A DNA stretch of 63,747 nucleotides, counting the filler, from Octopus bimaculoides (lineage: Eukaryota), in assembly GCF_001194135.2 (NCBI RefSeq). It is 8 parts of 8 records of this genome, joined end to end, with 100 filler letters (N's around TTAATTAATTAA, not from the genome) between each part and the next. Parts side by side here need not be neighbours in the genome. Positions count along the whole stretch, not along the records: positions 22,898 to 31,847 come from NC_068983.1; positions 31,948 to 34,365 come from NW_026372813.1; positions 34,466 to 45,093 come from NC_068984.1; 5 more parts are not named here. One strand, given 5' to 3'. Below the pieces are notes generated by a model. That model was given only the letters and a program-made list of their open reading frames with translations. It was not told the DNA's origin and did no database searches. Each line of letters starts with the position of its first letter. Positions within the stretch are counted from its first letter, which is position 1. The position numbers and the translations under genes were made by a program. Shown here one piece after another: positions 24,368 through 35,906 of this stretch.

Positions 24368-25035
24368 GGATCTTGTTCAAAACGGGGGCACCAGTTTTCA
24401 TTTATGTTTTATGTAGTATTTTTGGTACCGAAAGACTTTCAAACTTCGTATACTTATCTATTTTGTGTTATAGAACAAAAAATAATTTTTGTATTCGAAT
24501 TTATTTCATGTAAAAAATTGTCTTATTTCGATAATTTCAACCAATCACTGACAAGTATTCAGCTGTTTACACTTACTCCTTTGGCAGTTTAAGCGGTGTA
24601 AAGCGTATTTAATCTCCATTACTTCTGACATTTTGCAGAGGCAACACACGTGTGTTCGTTTTCCCTAACCCTAACCCTAACCCTAATTGACTTGCTCCTT
24701 CCTTCAAAAACCATGCCTTGTGTCTATAATAGAAAGATTTATTAGCTACTGCCAATATGCTTCAGCCATTTTTTGACAAGGAAATAATAATTTTATCACC
24801 GCGAGAATCGTTTGTTTACGTAGTCAGCACTTAATGTATACAGCTGAATAGACGTCAGTGATTGGTTGAAATTACAGAAATACGACAACTTTAACATGAA
24901 ATAACTTGCGATGTACGTTTTTTTGTTAAGAAGACTAAGAGAAAAAGATGTTTTATATGACACATTCTACCAGTGTCCCAAGTTTCAAAGTGTTTCGTTA
25001 AGAAAATACTGGTGCCCCCGTTTTGAACAAGATCC
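24368..25035. mobile_element. Non-autonomous TIR DNA transposon (Kolobok-like)
   Basis: Perfect 28-bp TIR GGATCTTGTTCAAAACGGGGGCACCAGT; TTAA at the right flank (left flank TTGT); RR..YY termini; (CCCTAA)4 inside. Confidence 0.75.
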
Positions 25036-25189
25036 TTAACTTCTAATATGCTTGTATTCTGTGAGTGTGGATTGTTTATGTTTTTAAGTGTGATGATTGG
25101 TTGTACTGAAGGCAATTGATTTGGTGGGAAATACTTTGTGTCAGTTGCTATGGATCGAAGTTTCTAGGTGAGTGAGAGTCAAAGTGATT

Positions 25190-25580
25190 AAACTCTCAAC
25201 ATCTTCAATTCTCAACACAGATTCAGGCCACTACACTACTCCTAAACTAATACAGGATAATAATACAGGTTTCATCAATAAAAACCTCCAACATGAACTA
25301 ACGTAATTTCCAGCTACGCCAACAAAACTTTTAACTACATCCCATGCTATCTATTTATACACCCAAGATAACCACCAACTTTTTATGAAACAACACTTAA
25401 CACTTGTCTGCCAGGTCCCCAAACCTACCTAATGTATAAAAGCAATAGTTCTCATAACCTACTAATTTCTTGAATAGCGACTCTCAAAATCTGTTCATTC
25501 ACCTACTCTTTTCAGCCTGTATCTGCATGGCCTTCCCACACTTTCCTAAAATACATACAAAGCCTCATACGCAGACGACA
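25190..25580 (+). pseudogene. Degenerate LINE reverse transcriptase (I/Jockey group) fragment
   Basis: PTLFSLYLHGLPTLS*NTYKASYADDII (YADD at ~25566-25577), preceded by decayed HRFRPLH and NKTFNYIP segments. Confidence 0.7.
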
Positions 25581-25599
25581 TCATACCCGCATTCTTTCA

Positions 25600-26110
25600 G
25601 ATACAACTGAATATAAGTAGGTGATTAAATACAATTTAATTGATTTGGATAGGACAGAAATAGTTCGTTCTGCAGCTATAGTTGAAGAATAGTGAAAGGA
25701 TACAAATGTGATGCCATCTGTACTTGCGACAGTGTATATATTTTGATGAGTGTGGGAAGGTTGAAAAGAGTAATAGAGGAAAGGACAGATCCTGTACTGC
25801 TCCATAGCAAAGTCGCACCTTAAATTTCTACCCAAACTTAGCGACCATACAGATAGTTAACTATCAAGTAGTTAGTGTTGTTTCTTAAGGTTTCGTAAAT
25901 TTACACTACAATATAAATGGATAGCGATGAATGGAGTTGAAAGTTGGAACGGTTCATGTAGGAGATTTTTCATGAGGAAATCGCCGTGTATCCTCTTGTG
26001 TTAGGTTCGTGAGTGATGTTGTGGTTGAGAGCGATGATCTGAATCTGTGTCATGCTTTGGCGAAAAGGTGGGGGTTATATCAAGAGTCGCAACTGTTGAG
26101 GATGTACGTA
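25600..26110 (-). pseudogene. Second degenerate RT fragment of the same type, opposite strand
   Basis: HRFRSSLSTTTSLTNLTQEDTRRFPHEKSPT, RLCYGAVQDLSFPLLLF and NIYTVASTDGIT correspond to the same RT segments. Confidence 0.5.
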
Positions 26111-26577
26111 AAACACTGATGGATCTGCATGATGTTTGGTCACAAAGATCTTAGTCGAGCTTTAGAATTACTGTAACATCGTCGAGCTTGCAAATTCTTG
26201 GAATTTGGTACTAATTTTTTTATCTTTAATCTTTTACTTGATTCAATACTTTATTTTTAAAGTCTCATACTTATTTTATGGGGCTTTTTTGCCCAACCGC
26301 AAAGTTACTGGGACAACTGACTTCTAAAAACTTTGATTCTGTTTTCTAGCAGAACTGTCTCCGCTGGGTTTCATTAGAATTTGTAAAAAGATTTTACATT
26401 GTTCATTAATGCATTGATGTGTGACTGTTATCATAATGGTTGGTTGATCTTCAGTGGAGAACCGAAGATTATGTGCCAAGTGTGTGAAGCAGATGATGTC
26501 TGTAGAGGACATTTTTTCAGTGTTACTGTGGGTTGATTAGGATGTGAAGCTACGATGCTAACGGTCCATCCATTGTA

Positions 26578-27924
26578 TTGGATTGGCAACCAAGTTCCCG
26601 CTTTTTTTTTTAATTTTGGAATTTATTGCGTTTTTAAATTTTGGAATCTATTTTTTTTTCGAGAATTCTATTTTTGAATCATAATGGAATCTTTTTTTTT
26701 TTTTTTCTAGCTAATTTTAGTTAATTTTTGTTTATTTTCAGGTCATTAAAATGGATTGTCAAGTTAAGAAAAACGAGCATTTTCGACGCTTCCTTCTTTT
26801 TGCTTTTAATCAAGGTTCTAAGGCCGCAAAAGCTGCTCGCGACATTTGTGCTATGTATGCCNNNNNNNNNNNNNNNNNNNNNNNNNNNNNNNNNNNNNNN
26901 NNNNNNNNNNNNNNNNNNNNNNNNNNNNNNNNNNNNNNNNNNNNNNNNNNNNNNNNNNNNNNNNNNNNNNNNNNNNNNNNNNNNNNNNNNNNNNNNNNNN
27001 NNNNNNNNNNNNNNNNNNNNNNNNNNNNNNNNNNNNNNNNNNNNNNNNNNNNNNNNNNNNNNNNNNNNNNNNNNNNNNNNNNNNNNNNNNNNNNNNNNNN
27101 NNNNNNNNNNNNNNNNNNNNNNNNNNNNNNNNNNNNGAAAGGTTCAGAAGTATGGAGCACGGATTCTGCATGCTTTAAGTGACAACAACAAAAATCAACA
27201 AGCCACAATCCCCGCTTGTTTACTTGCTCGTCACCGCTCAACTCATGGACACAAGCAACGATTTCTTTACCGAATCGTTACTGGCGACGAAAAGTAGTGC
27301 TTGTACATCAATATGAAGCAGCGTAAGGAATGGCTTAGCCCCAGTAAACAAGCGAGACCGCGCGTAAAACAAGATCTTCATCCGCGTAAAACGATGGTGT
27401 ACGTATGGTGGGACTGGGAAGGGATTATCCATTACGAATTGCTTGAACGGAACCAAATGGTCAACGCAGAACTCTATGTTCAACAGATGGAACGATTCAT
27501 CACGGCTATTCAAGGGAAAAGACCTAATCGTCAGCATGGAATTCTTCTGCTGCACGACAACGCCCGTCCTCATATCGCCAATATGACCAAGAAAGCCATT
27601 CAAACGCATGGCTGGGAAGTGCTGCCACAACCGCCGTACTCTCCTGATTTGGTACCAACAGAGTTCCACCTCTTTCGATCTCTTTCAAATGCTATGTGCG
27701 GAATTTCGTTCAATACTGATGCAGAATTGAGAGCTTGGTTGGATCGATTTTTCGAGTCGAAATCGGGTGATTTCTACCAACGAGGTATTGAAAATCTTGT
27801 TGAACGTTGGGAAGGTGTAAACAGGGGTGAATACATTATTGATTAATTAGTTGTTATTTTTTTTATTAAACCTTTTAAAAAATTTAAATTTTGAAAAATA
27901 GTGGTGACTTAGTTGCCAACCCAA
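26578..27924 (+). mobile_element. Full-length mariner transposon (Tc1/mariner), inactivated
   Basis: TA TSDs at 26576-77 and 27925-26; imperfect TIRs TTGGATTGGCAACCAAGT / ACTTAGTTGCCAACCCAA; ~1.35 kb including a gap. Confidence 0.92.
26751..27846 (+). pseudogene. Mariner transposase pseudogene
   Basis: MDCQVKKNEHFRRFLLFAF..[gap]..IVTGDEK*CLY..VWWDWEGIIHYELL..LLHDNARPH..PPYSPDLVPTEFHLFRSL..GEYIID; premature TAG at 27295-27297; WVPHEL motif decayed to RILHAL. Confidence 0.9.
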
Positions 27925-27954
27925 TATTATTAGGATTTTATTATTGAAATATTA

Positions 27955-28118
27955 GGAAAAGACGGCAAGCTGCTAGGGTCATTAGCGTATCGAACAAAAT
28001 GCTTATCGGCATTTCTTCCGGCTCTTTACGTTCTGGGTTCAAATTCTACCGAGGTCGACTTTGCCTTTCACTCTTTCGGGGTTGATAAAATAAGTACCAG
28101 TAGAATACTGGAGCCGAA
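27955..28118 (+). mobile_element. SINE family B copy
   Basis: GGTTCAAATTCTACCGAGGTCGACTTTGCCTTTCACTCTTTCGGGGTTGATAAAATAAGTACCAG. Confidence 0.8.
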
Positions 28119-28250
28119 CTTCATGCAATTTTTTTACTCAATTTTTATTTCGTTATTGTTGCTGGAACATCGCATATATACATGAAGCTTTGTTAGACTT
28201 TTTTTTATGTTGTTTGGATGTATTTGGGTGAGTATGTAGTAAAAAAAAAA

Positions 28251-28379
28251 CGCCCGACCTATAGCACTCGAGTCTCATTAACGCCCCCAAATGGGTACCA
28301 CCAATAGTAGAGTAACAGTTGCTGCTCACTTACCAAGTTGACCATGTCCGCCTCCGTTGTGCCCATCACCAGTGTCTAC
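28251..28379 (-). repeat. Right arm of the 129-bp inverted repeat
   Basis: Reverse complement of 23994-24122. Confidence 0.9.
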
Positions 28380-29336
28380 TTTTCTGTTTTCCAATTTCGT
28401 ATGTATGCTTGTTTACACGTATTTGTGTCAGTCGAACTTATATCGTTCGGCCAGTATTCAAACCATAACATCTCTTAAAATTCAGAATTACTTAATCCGG
28501 TATATTCATCCATTTTGAAGATTGTTAGCCAGGATTAAAAGAAAATTTGATTGTAATCATAGCAAGCCGAATAACCGTATGACGATGCATACGTTGGTAA
28601 TTATGAGGAAGAATAGTTTCGGAGTTGTGTAGAGTGTAGGGCGTAGAACGTAGGGCGTAGAGCGTAGGGCGTAGAGCACATGCATTGCAGTAATCAATGC
28701 AAAATTCCCAGCCACAGAATCAATTTGGTTGCGGAGTTGCAGTAGGAGGAATCTGCAACGTTGGCAAATAGTCTCTTGGCAATGATCTAGCTGTAACTAG
28801 CATATGGGAAAGCATACACTCTAAAGAGTACACAGAGATACCTTTGTTTGTCTGATGATTTAGTTACAAGCGTTGTAGATAAACAATACCTAGTCGCTTA
28901 TGGTGGAGTGAATTCTGTATATGGAACAAGGGCTGCATCATTAAATTAAACGTGATTCTATTTGAAGGCATTTTGCGGGGAAAAGCAGTAGCGTCATCAC
29001 TTTATTTCACCGACTCCCAATACCAGCAAAACTTACCCTGTCTCATGAATGCACGCCGCCAACTACGTATAATGGAGTTCTTGACATTTTACTATATCAC
29101 CCACCTGTATGTAAACAAATGGTTCCATTTCTAACTGGATATCTATTGACTTGGCTATGGGCCGGGCCCATATTTAAAGTCACTTGACGAGGAGTGCTTG
29201 TATTTACAATCAAAATATCTTGCCATCTGGTAATATTTCTATACACAGTATGCACTCTCTCTCTCTCCCTCACTCATTGTATACACACAGACAGACACAC
29301 ACACACGCACGCACACATACACACGCACACATATAA

Positions 29337-29381
<45 letters not shown>

Positions 29382-29644
29382 TGTGTGTGTACAATGTTTA
29401 AATATCAAACTAGTTGTTAGATTTGTTCTGGTGCCTTCTACAAATATCGCGATCTCGAAAGGAAACATCTGCCTATTTTAACCAGAAACTTCATTTTCAA
29501 AAATATAATCAAAATCATTACCCCAAAAAATCCTAAAAAGCGAAGTCACCAATCAAATGTATCCATGGTTTGTCCCGTAAAGTCTCTCTGATGTTCGAGA
29601 AGAAAGAGAGGCAGAATACAATTAAAAGTTTGGTTTATATAGGG

Positions 29645-29725
29645 GTAGGCTCCGCTGTATGGTTAAGAAGTTCTATTCAGAAATGTGGTTCCGGATTCGG
29701 TGCCACTGTGTTGCATCTTTGGCAA
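29645..29725 (+). mobile_element. SINE family A head fragment
   Basis: GCTGTATGGTTAAGAAGTTC..TGTGGTTCCGGATTCGGTGCCACTGTGTTGCATCTTTGGCAAATGTCT. Confidence 0.55.
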
Positions 29726-30403
29726 ATGTCTGTAAACACGAATTGAACAACGCTTTCAAAGTACAGTTGGATCGATGGAAAGGGGGGCGGGGGAGGCGGA
29801 GGAAGGGNNNNNNNNNNNNNNNNNNNNNNNNNNNNNNNNNNNNNNNNNNNNNNNNNNNNNNNNNNNNNNNNNNNNNNNNNNNNNNNNNNNNNNNNNNNNN
29901 NNNNNNNNNNNNNNNNNNNNNNNNNNNNNNNNNNNNNNNNNNNNNNNNNNNNNNNNNNNNNNNNNNNNNNNNNNNNNNNNNNNNNNNNNNNNNNNNNNNN
30001 NNNNNNNNNNNNNNNNNNNNNNNNNNNNNNNNNNNNNNNNNNNNNNNNNNNNNNNNNNNNNNNNNNNNNNNNNNNNNNNNNNNNNNNNNNNNNNNNNNNN
30101 NNNNNNNNNNNNNNNNNNNNNNNNNNNNNNNNNNNNNNNNNNNNNNNNNNNNNNNNNNNNNNNNNNNGAGAGAGGGGGAGGGGATGGGAGAGAGGGGGAG
30201 GCGAGGGAGAGAGGGGGAGGGAGAAACAGAGGGGAGGAGAGATATTCTTGATATGAAATCCTACAGTGAAACAGATATTGTTATATTTGGAGATGGTCAT
30301 AATTAAACACAACGGCCTAAACAGAACAAGAGGAAACAGGTGGGATAAGGAGCTGAAGGGGTTACAGGATGTGTGACAAAAGAGCTTAAACAAAGGAACG
30401 AAG

Positions 30404-30440
<37 letters not shown>

Positions 30441-30443
<3 letters not shown>

Positions 30444-30527
30444 ACTTCTAACTTTTTGTCTCTTGAGGTCTCTGGGTGAGACTTGGATCCAACTTGTACA
30501 AATGCAAAGCAAAAGTCAAACATAAAA
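30441..30527 (+). mobile_element. Dong/R4-like 3' tail (type 2) inside an (AAT)n array
   Basis: Matches the reverse complement of 15265-15324; (AAT)n on both sides. Confidence 0.6.
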
Positions 30528-30832
30528 TAATAATAATAATGGTGATGATGATGAAATGAAGACCAAGTATATTGTGCGTGTATTTAATTGGCAAGTTATT
30601 TCTGCGCCAGAATCCTTGATGATGGTTCATAATTGTACGAAACATTCACAAGGAGCTAAATACGATAAAATTATTGAATATACACTTCAGTGTTAGCTTG
30701 ATAAAAATTGTAGAACGCTGGACAAATATCTTTGGAGTATTGAATTTCATCCCTTTTCAGTTTTAATTCAAATCCCAGCTGGATCAAATTAGCTTTTCGT
30801 TCCTCCGTAATGGATGACATAACTACTAGTGT

Positions 30833-31204
30833 TGTTGGCACTCCGTCGCTTACGACGTCGAGCATTCCAGTTGATCCGATCAACGGAACAGCCTGCTCGT
30901 GAAATTAATGTGCAAGTGGCTGAGACACGTGTACCCTTAACGTAGTTCTCGGGGATATCCAGCGTGACACAATGTGACAAGGCTGACCCTTTGAATTACA
31001 GGCACAACAGAAACAGGAAGTAAGAGTGAGAGAAAGTTGTGGTGAAAGAGTACAGCAGGGTTCGCCACCATCCCCTGCCGGAGCCTCGTGGAGCTTTAGG
31101 TGGTTTCGCTCAATAAACACTCACAACGCCCAGTCTGGGAATCGAAACCGCGATCATATGACCGCGAGTCCGCTGCCCTAAACACTGGGCCATTGTGCCT
31201 CCAC
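30833..31204 (-). mobile_element. Full-length tRNA-derived SINE family C with 12-bp target-site duplication
   Basis: Head GTGGAGGCACAATGGCCCAGTGTTTAGGGCAGCGGAC..GGTTTCGATTCCC; TSD AACTACTAGTGT at 30821-30832 and 31205-31216. Confidence 0.9.
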
Positions 31205-31773
31205 AACTACTAGTGTATTTGTTTTAGATAATCACACATAGCGCCATGCCGTTTCATTCGTATTTAGCGAAGTGAAAAGAGTGAATGTAGCTGAGGCCCT
31301 GGTATTATTATAATCTTCTGGTTTCAAACGAGTTATGATAAAGATTATCAAGGAATACGAAGACACAAGTTAAAGTTGACTGCTACATTCATTTTACCGC
31401 TAAAAGAAAATACAGCAAACTGGTATAACATGAATAATTCTGTTAATTAAAATACATTGGTCCCTCGTACTTTTTGAAGGTGAAAAAGTACATGGGAAAG
31501 ACACAAAGCATGGAGTCAAGGAATTCTGCAAACAATTCTCTCCTCACTGAAATCTCAAAAGAAATTCGTTGTTTTTATAGCCACCGGATAAGCTCAAACA
31601 GACCACACTTTTTGCTGTGGTGAGAAAAGGCCTGATTGGATGACTTAAAACATCCAATCGGCACGAACAGGAATGATCATGCGACCACTTGCAGAAAAAC
31701 CCTCGTGTGAGCCAAAATGGGACTATTCAAGGCTTTACAGCAAAAACATGAATATAGCATTGCCACACGTATG

Positions 31774-31847
<74 letters not shown>

Positions 31848-31948
31848 NNNNNNNNNNNNNNNNNNNNNNNNNNNNNNNNNNNNNNNNNNNNTTAATTAAT
31901 TAANNNNNNNNNNNNNNNNNNNNNNNNNNNNNNNNNNNNNNNNNNNNA

Positions 31949-32205
31949 ATCTTTCTTCCTGTTTCTGTTGTAGCTGTATTTCAAAGGGGCCAGCTTTGTC
32001 GCACTTTGTATTAGGCTGAATCTCCCCGAGAACTATGTTAAGGGTACACATGCCTGTGGAGTGCTTAGCCACTTGCNNNNNNNNNNGTTAAGGGTACACA
32101 TGCCTGTGGAGTGCTTAGCCACTTGCACGTTAATTTCACGAGCAGGCCATTCCGTTGATTGCATCAACTGGAACCCTCGTCATCGTAACCAACAGAGTGC
32201 CACGA
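31949..32205 (+). mobile_element. SINE family C 3' half
   Basis: Homologous to the reverse complement of 30835-31030 (GAGTGCTTAGCCACTTGCACGTTAATTTCACGAGCAGGC). Confidence 0.85.
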
Positions 32206-32739
32206 TATATATATATATATNNNNNNNNNNTATATATATATATATAAACATAATTTATTCCCGTCTGTAAAACTGATAGTTTATATATTATTAAAATGGT
32301 CAGTGATTATTTTCGATTTAAACACATTTAGATTAATATTATTGGAAATTATAAAAACATTTTACGGCCTTTGTAAATTTTCTTAATTATTTTATCCATT
32401 TGAATTTTGTTGTTCTTTCATTGTACTTATGTATTTGAACTTTAAAACTCATGCTCCTAAACATAGGTATTTTAAATCAGTATTTTTTTGCAATTTGGCA
32501 GTCCTTTACATGGAATTTCCTCTGTCTTTTTGAACCAAGGCTCTGAAGAGGCTTACATACAGAAATAGGAATTTTTTATAAATCAACTAATGTATATAAG
32601 TCAAAACAAATTGTTGGCTTTAGATATATATTTTTTCATTTGTTATGTTATTTTATATTATATTTTTTTATATTGTTATACTATAATGTAAATAGTTTGT
32701 CAATCGTAGTTCTCTATTTCATTTAATTAAATCGAAATT

Positions 32740-33168
32740 GAACCAAATTCGATGACTGGCACCCGTGCCAGTGGAGCGNNNNNNNNNNAATTGAACCAAA
32801 TTCGATGACTGGCACCCGTGCCAGTGGAGCGCTAACAGTACCATCCGAGCGTGATCATTGCCAAGGCAGCTGTCTGGCTTCCATGCCAGTGGCACGTAAA
32901 GAGCACCATCTGAGCGTGATCGTTACCAGCATCACCTTACTGGCACTTGTGNNNNNNNNNNGCACCATCTGAGCGTGATCGTTACCAGCATCACCTTACT
33001 GGCACTTGTGCCGGTAGCACATGAAAAACGTTCAAGCGAGGTCATTGCCAGTGCCACTGGACTGGCTCCTATGCAGGTGGCACGTAAAAAACACCCACTA
33101 CGCTCTCAGAGTGGCTGGTGTAAGAAAGGGCATCCAGCTGTAGAAACTCTGCCAGATCAGATTGGAGC
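32740..33168 (+). mobile_element. RTE-type LINE 3' UTR or derived non-autonomous repeat
   Basis: Repeated TGGCACGTAAA-AGCACC units, then GAAAGGGCATCCAGCTGTAGAAACTCTGCCAGATCAG, as in the tail of 38301-38970. Confidence 0.7.
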
Positions 33169-33384
33169 CNNNNNNNNNNNNNNNNNNNNNNNNNNNNNNN
33201 NNNNNNNNNNNNNNNNNNNNNNNNNNNNNNNNNNNNNNNNNNNNNNNNNNNNNNNNNNNNNNNNNNNNNNNNNNNNNNNATATATATATATATATATATA
33301 TTACATATAGTACATAAATGCACACATTACTTTATGCTTCAGTCATGCTGTACCACCTTTAAATGGTATGGTTGGTTGATTATA

Positions 33385-33600
33385 ATGACCCCCACCCACA
33401 GTATTCATGGAACGGGTACTTATTTCAGCAATCTTGCAAGGACAAATGTAAGGTAAATTCAAGCTGGGCAGAATCTGAACTTTAAACAAATNNNNNNNNN
33501 NTTCAAGCTGGGCAGAATCTGAACTTTAAACAAATGTAGCTAAACACTGCAAGGCATTTGGTCAGACAATGCTCTGACACCCCTTGGTTACCCCCACCAC
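33385..33600 (-). mobile_element. Highly decayed SINE family B copy
   Basis: GGTACTTATTTCAGCAATCTTGCAAGGA..GCAGAATCTGAACT..ACACTGCAAGGCATTTGGTCAG; CpGs largely lost. Confidence 0.5.
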
Positions 33601-34465
33601 CACCTACTTATAAAATAAATAAAAAAAGGACATCCATATACAAACAAATGCAAGCAGAGTAAAAATGATGATGATGGCTGAAGATAGCTAACACTTAAAA
33701 CTAGAGAACAGAAACAAANNNNNNNNNNGATGATGGCTGAAGATAGCTAACACTTAAAACTAGAGAACAGAAACAAAAGTAAATACAATATGACAATGAA
33801 GCTTAGCGGCTGAGAGAAATTGTAGAGAGTAAAAGATAAAATCCAGTCTGAAAAGCTTAGGTTTTATGGAAACAACATGTGATAATTTTTAATTTACTTG
33901 GTCTTTAGTTTACTATTACAACACAAGAAGTTTGGAATAATGAAGGGTCAAGTAAGGACAGAATATGATGAATGATTATTAAAAGAAAAATGAAAACTGA
34001 AATAGTTCTGTTCAGTCCCACAATTAAGTTTCTAGTATTTTCAGAGATATCAACTACTTTATCTTCGTTTATGATCATAGCAATGTGAAAGAAGCTACAT
34101 TGACAGCTCAATAAATTGATTTTCAGATTACACAGGCAATTTTAATTCAAGCAACATCTTGGTGTCATGCAATATATATATACATTCATACAATATATAT
34201 GAGATAATTTTAAAAATTTATATATAAATATTGTATAGTACTGCACTGGTATTATTTACCTCGGACTGAAAAGAAGATATGAGAGAAATAATTTGTTAAA
34301 TGTATTAAAAAAAAGAAAAAAAAAAAAACTGCAACATGACAAATTTAATGACATACAATTTGTAANNNNNNNNNNNNNNNNNNNNNNNNNNNNNNNNNNN
34401 NNNNNNNNNTTAATTAATTAANNNNNNNNNNNNNNNNNNNNNNNNNNNNNNNNNNNNNNNNNNNN

Positions 34466-34640
34466 CACCCATTACACTCTCTGAGTGGTTGGCGTTAGGA
34501 AGGGCATCCAACTGTAGAAACTCTGCCAAATCAGACTGGAGCCTGGTGTTGCCATCCGGTTTCACCAGTCCTCAGTCAAATCGTCCAACCCATGCTAGCA
34601 TGGAAAGCGGACGTTAAACGATGATGATGATGATGATGAT
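34466..34640 (+). mobile_element. RTE-type 3' tail ending in (GAT)n
   Basis: GAGTGGTTGGCGTTAGGAAGGGCATCCAACTGTAGAAAC..CCAACCCATGCTAGCATGGAAAGCGGACGTTAAACGATGATG. Confidence 0.75.
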
Positions 34641-34659
34641 GATATATATATATATATAT

Positions 34660-34818
34660 GACTGGCTTCTTTCAGTTTCTGTCTATTAATTTCACTCACA
34701 AGGCTTTGGTCAGTTCGAGGCTATAGTAGAAAACACTTGCCTAAGGTGCCATGCAGTGGGACTGAACCTGGAACTATGTGGTTGGAAAGCAAGCTTCTTA
34801 CCACATGCCACACCTGCA
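34660..34818 (-). mobile_element. SINE family A 5' half
   Basis: GGTGCCATGCAGTGGGACTGAACCTGGAACTATGTGGTTGGAAAGCAAGCTTCTTACCAC. Confidence 0.8.
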
Positions 34819-35869
34819 TTTATATTTAGAATCAGTAAACTAAACTAACTTAAGTTTCTATACACTGCTAGGGATTGAACACACTACTTTACAATCATGA
34901 GTAGAATTCCCTAACCACTAAGCCATGTACCTTTGTAACAACTAGCAAAGGAAAGTAAGCAATTCCGATGGAGACAAGAATTGAACCTGTAGTCTTGATC
35001 TTCACAGTTAATTTTGTTTTACAGCTAACAGGTATTACTTCTATAAATGCCTAGGAAGATCTCTTCTCAAGAATTTTAATTCAATACCCATATAAGCACC
35101 GGTAACCAATTTCTCTACTGATATAAAACCATGTACTTGTGTTTTTAATATATCTCGTGTCAAACAGCAATCACAACAAGACGAACCAGAAGTGGAAAAA
35201 AAGAAAAAGCAAATTTAGTATGAAAAACAAAGAAAATAGAATGAAAATCTCTGCAAACTAATGGAACAATCTTTAAACTTCTAGCAGGAGTCTGAGATAT
35301 TGATTTCATTTGGAAGTCATGGAAATCTATTGAAAACATTCCGTTTGCCAAGTTGTACCCCGAGGGGCAGGGTGAAACTAACTTGATAAACAGGAAGCAT
35401 GCTGGGGGATAGATGACTATAGTTGGATCATATCTTCTAATTATAGTTTTATAAATTGGTGTCAATTACTGAATATGAGTATTTATTTGTGTGGCTTTGT
35501 CAACATTTTGATACGAATCTGTAGGTGTGTTTATGTATAAATTTATATTAGACTGTATGTGTGTATGTACATCCGTTAGATTACGTAAGTATTTGTTATG
35601 TTGGTTTGTATAAAATTTAGAGTAGGTAAATGAATATGTGTATATACGACTGTGTATTTGCATTTGTGCAAAAATCCATGTGTGCTAAAGTGTAATAGAT
35701 TAACTTATATGTATGCATAATGTTTATTTGTGCATTTATATACTATATGCTTGTATATAACTATAAATAAGCATATGGTTACGTGCATCTCTTCATATAA
35801 CTGTTCATGTATAAATTTGTATATATGAATGAGATAAACATATGTGTATTTGCATTCCTGTGTGTGTAT

Positions 35870-35906
<37 letters not shown>

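Noticed and set aside
28635-28678. 7/14-bp tandem GCGTAGG/GCGTAGA
   Set aside because: Short simple minisatellite with no unique spacers or other context
29037-29104. Minus-strand segment with a good acceptor and a GTAAGT donor
   Set aside because: All three frames contain stops; such signals arise often by chance; no support for a non-coding exon
30833-31204. tRNA-like sequences at the heads of SINEs A, B and C
   Set aside because: A/B boxes continue into SINE bodies and tails, with a TSD in this copy; not called as tRNA genes
32038-33780. ~40-bp direct duplications on either side of 10-N gaps (near 32080, 32780, 32955, 33495, 33720)
   Set aside because: Pattern of unmerged contig overlaps in the assembly, not real tandem repeats or CRISPR-like repeats
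35160-35465. 101-aa minus ORF containing YDPTI (Ras effector-loop-like)
   Set aside because: No GxxxxGKS, DTAG or NKxD motifs; coincidental pentapeptide
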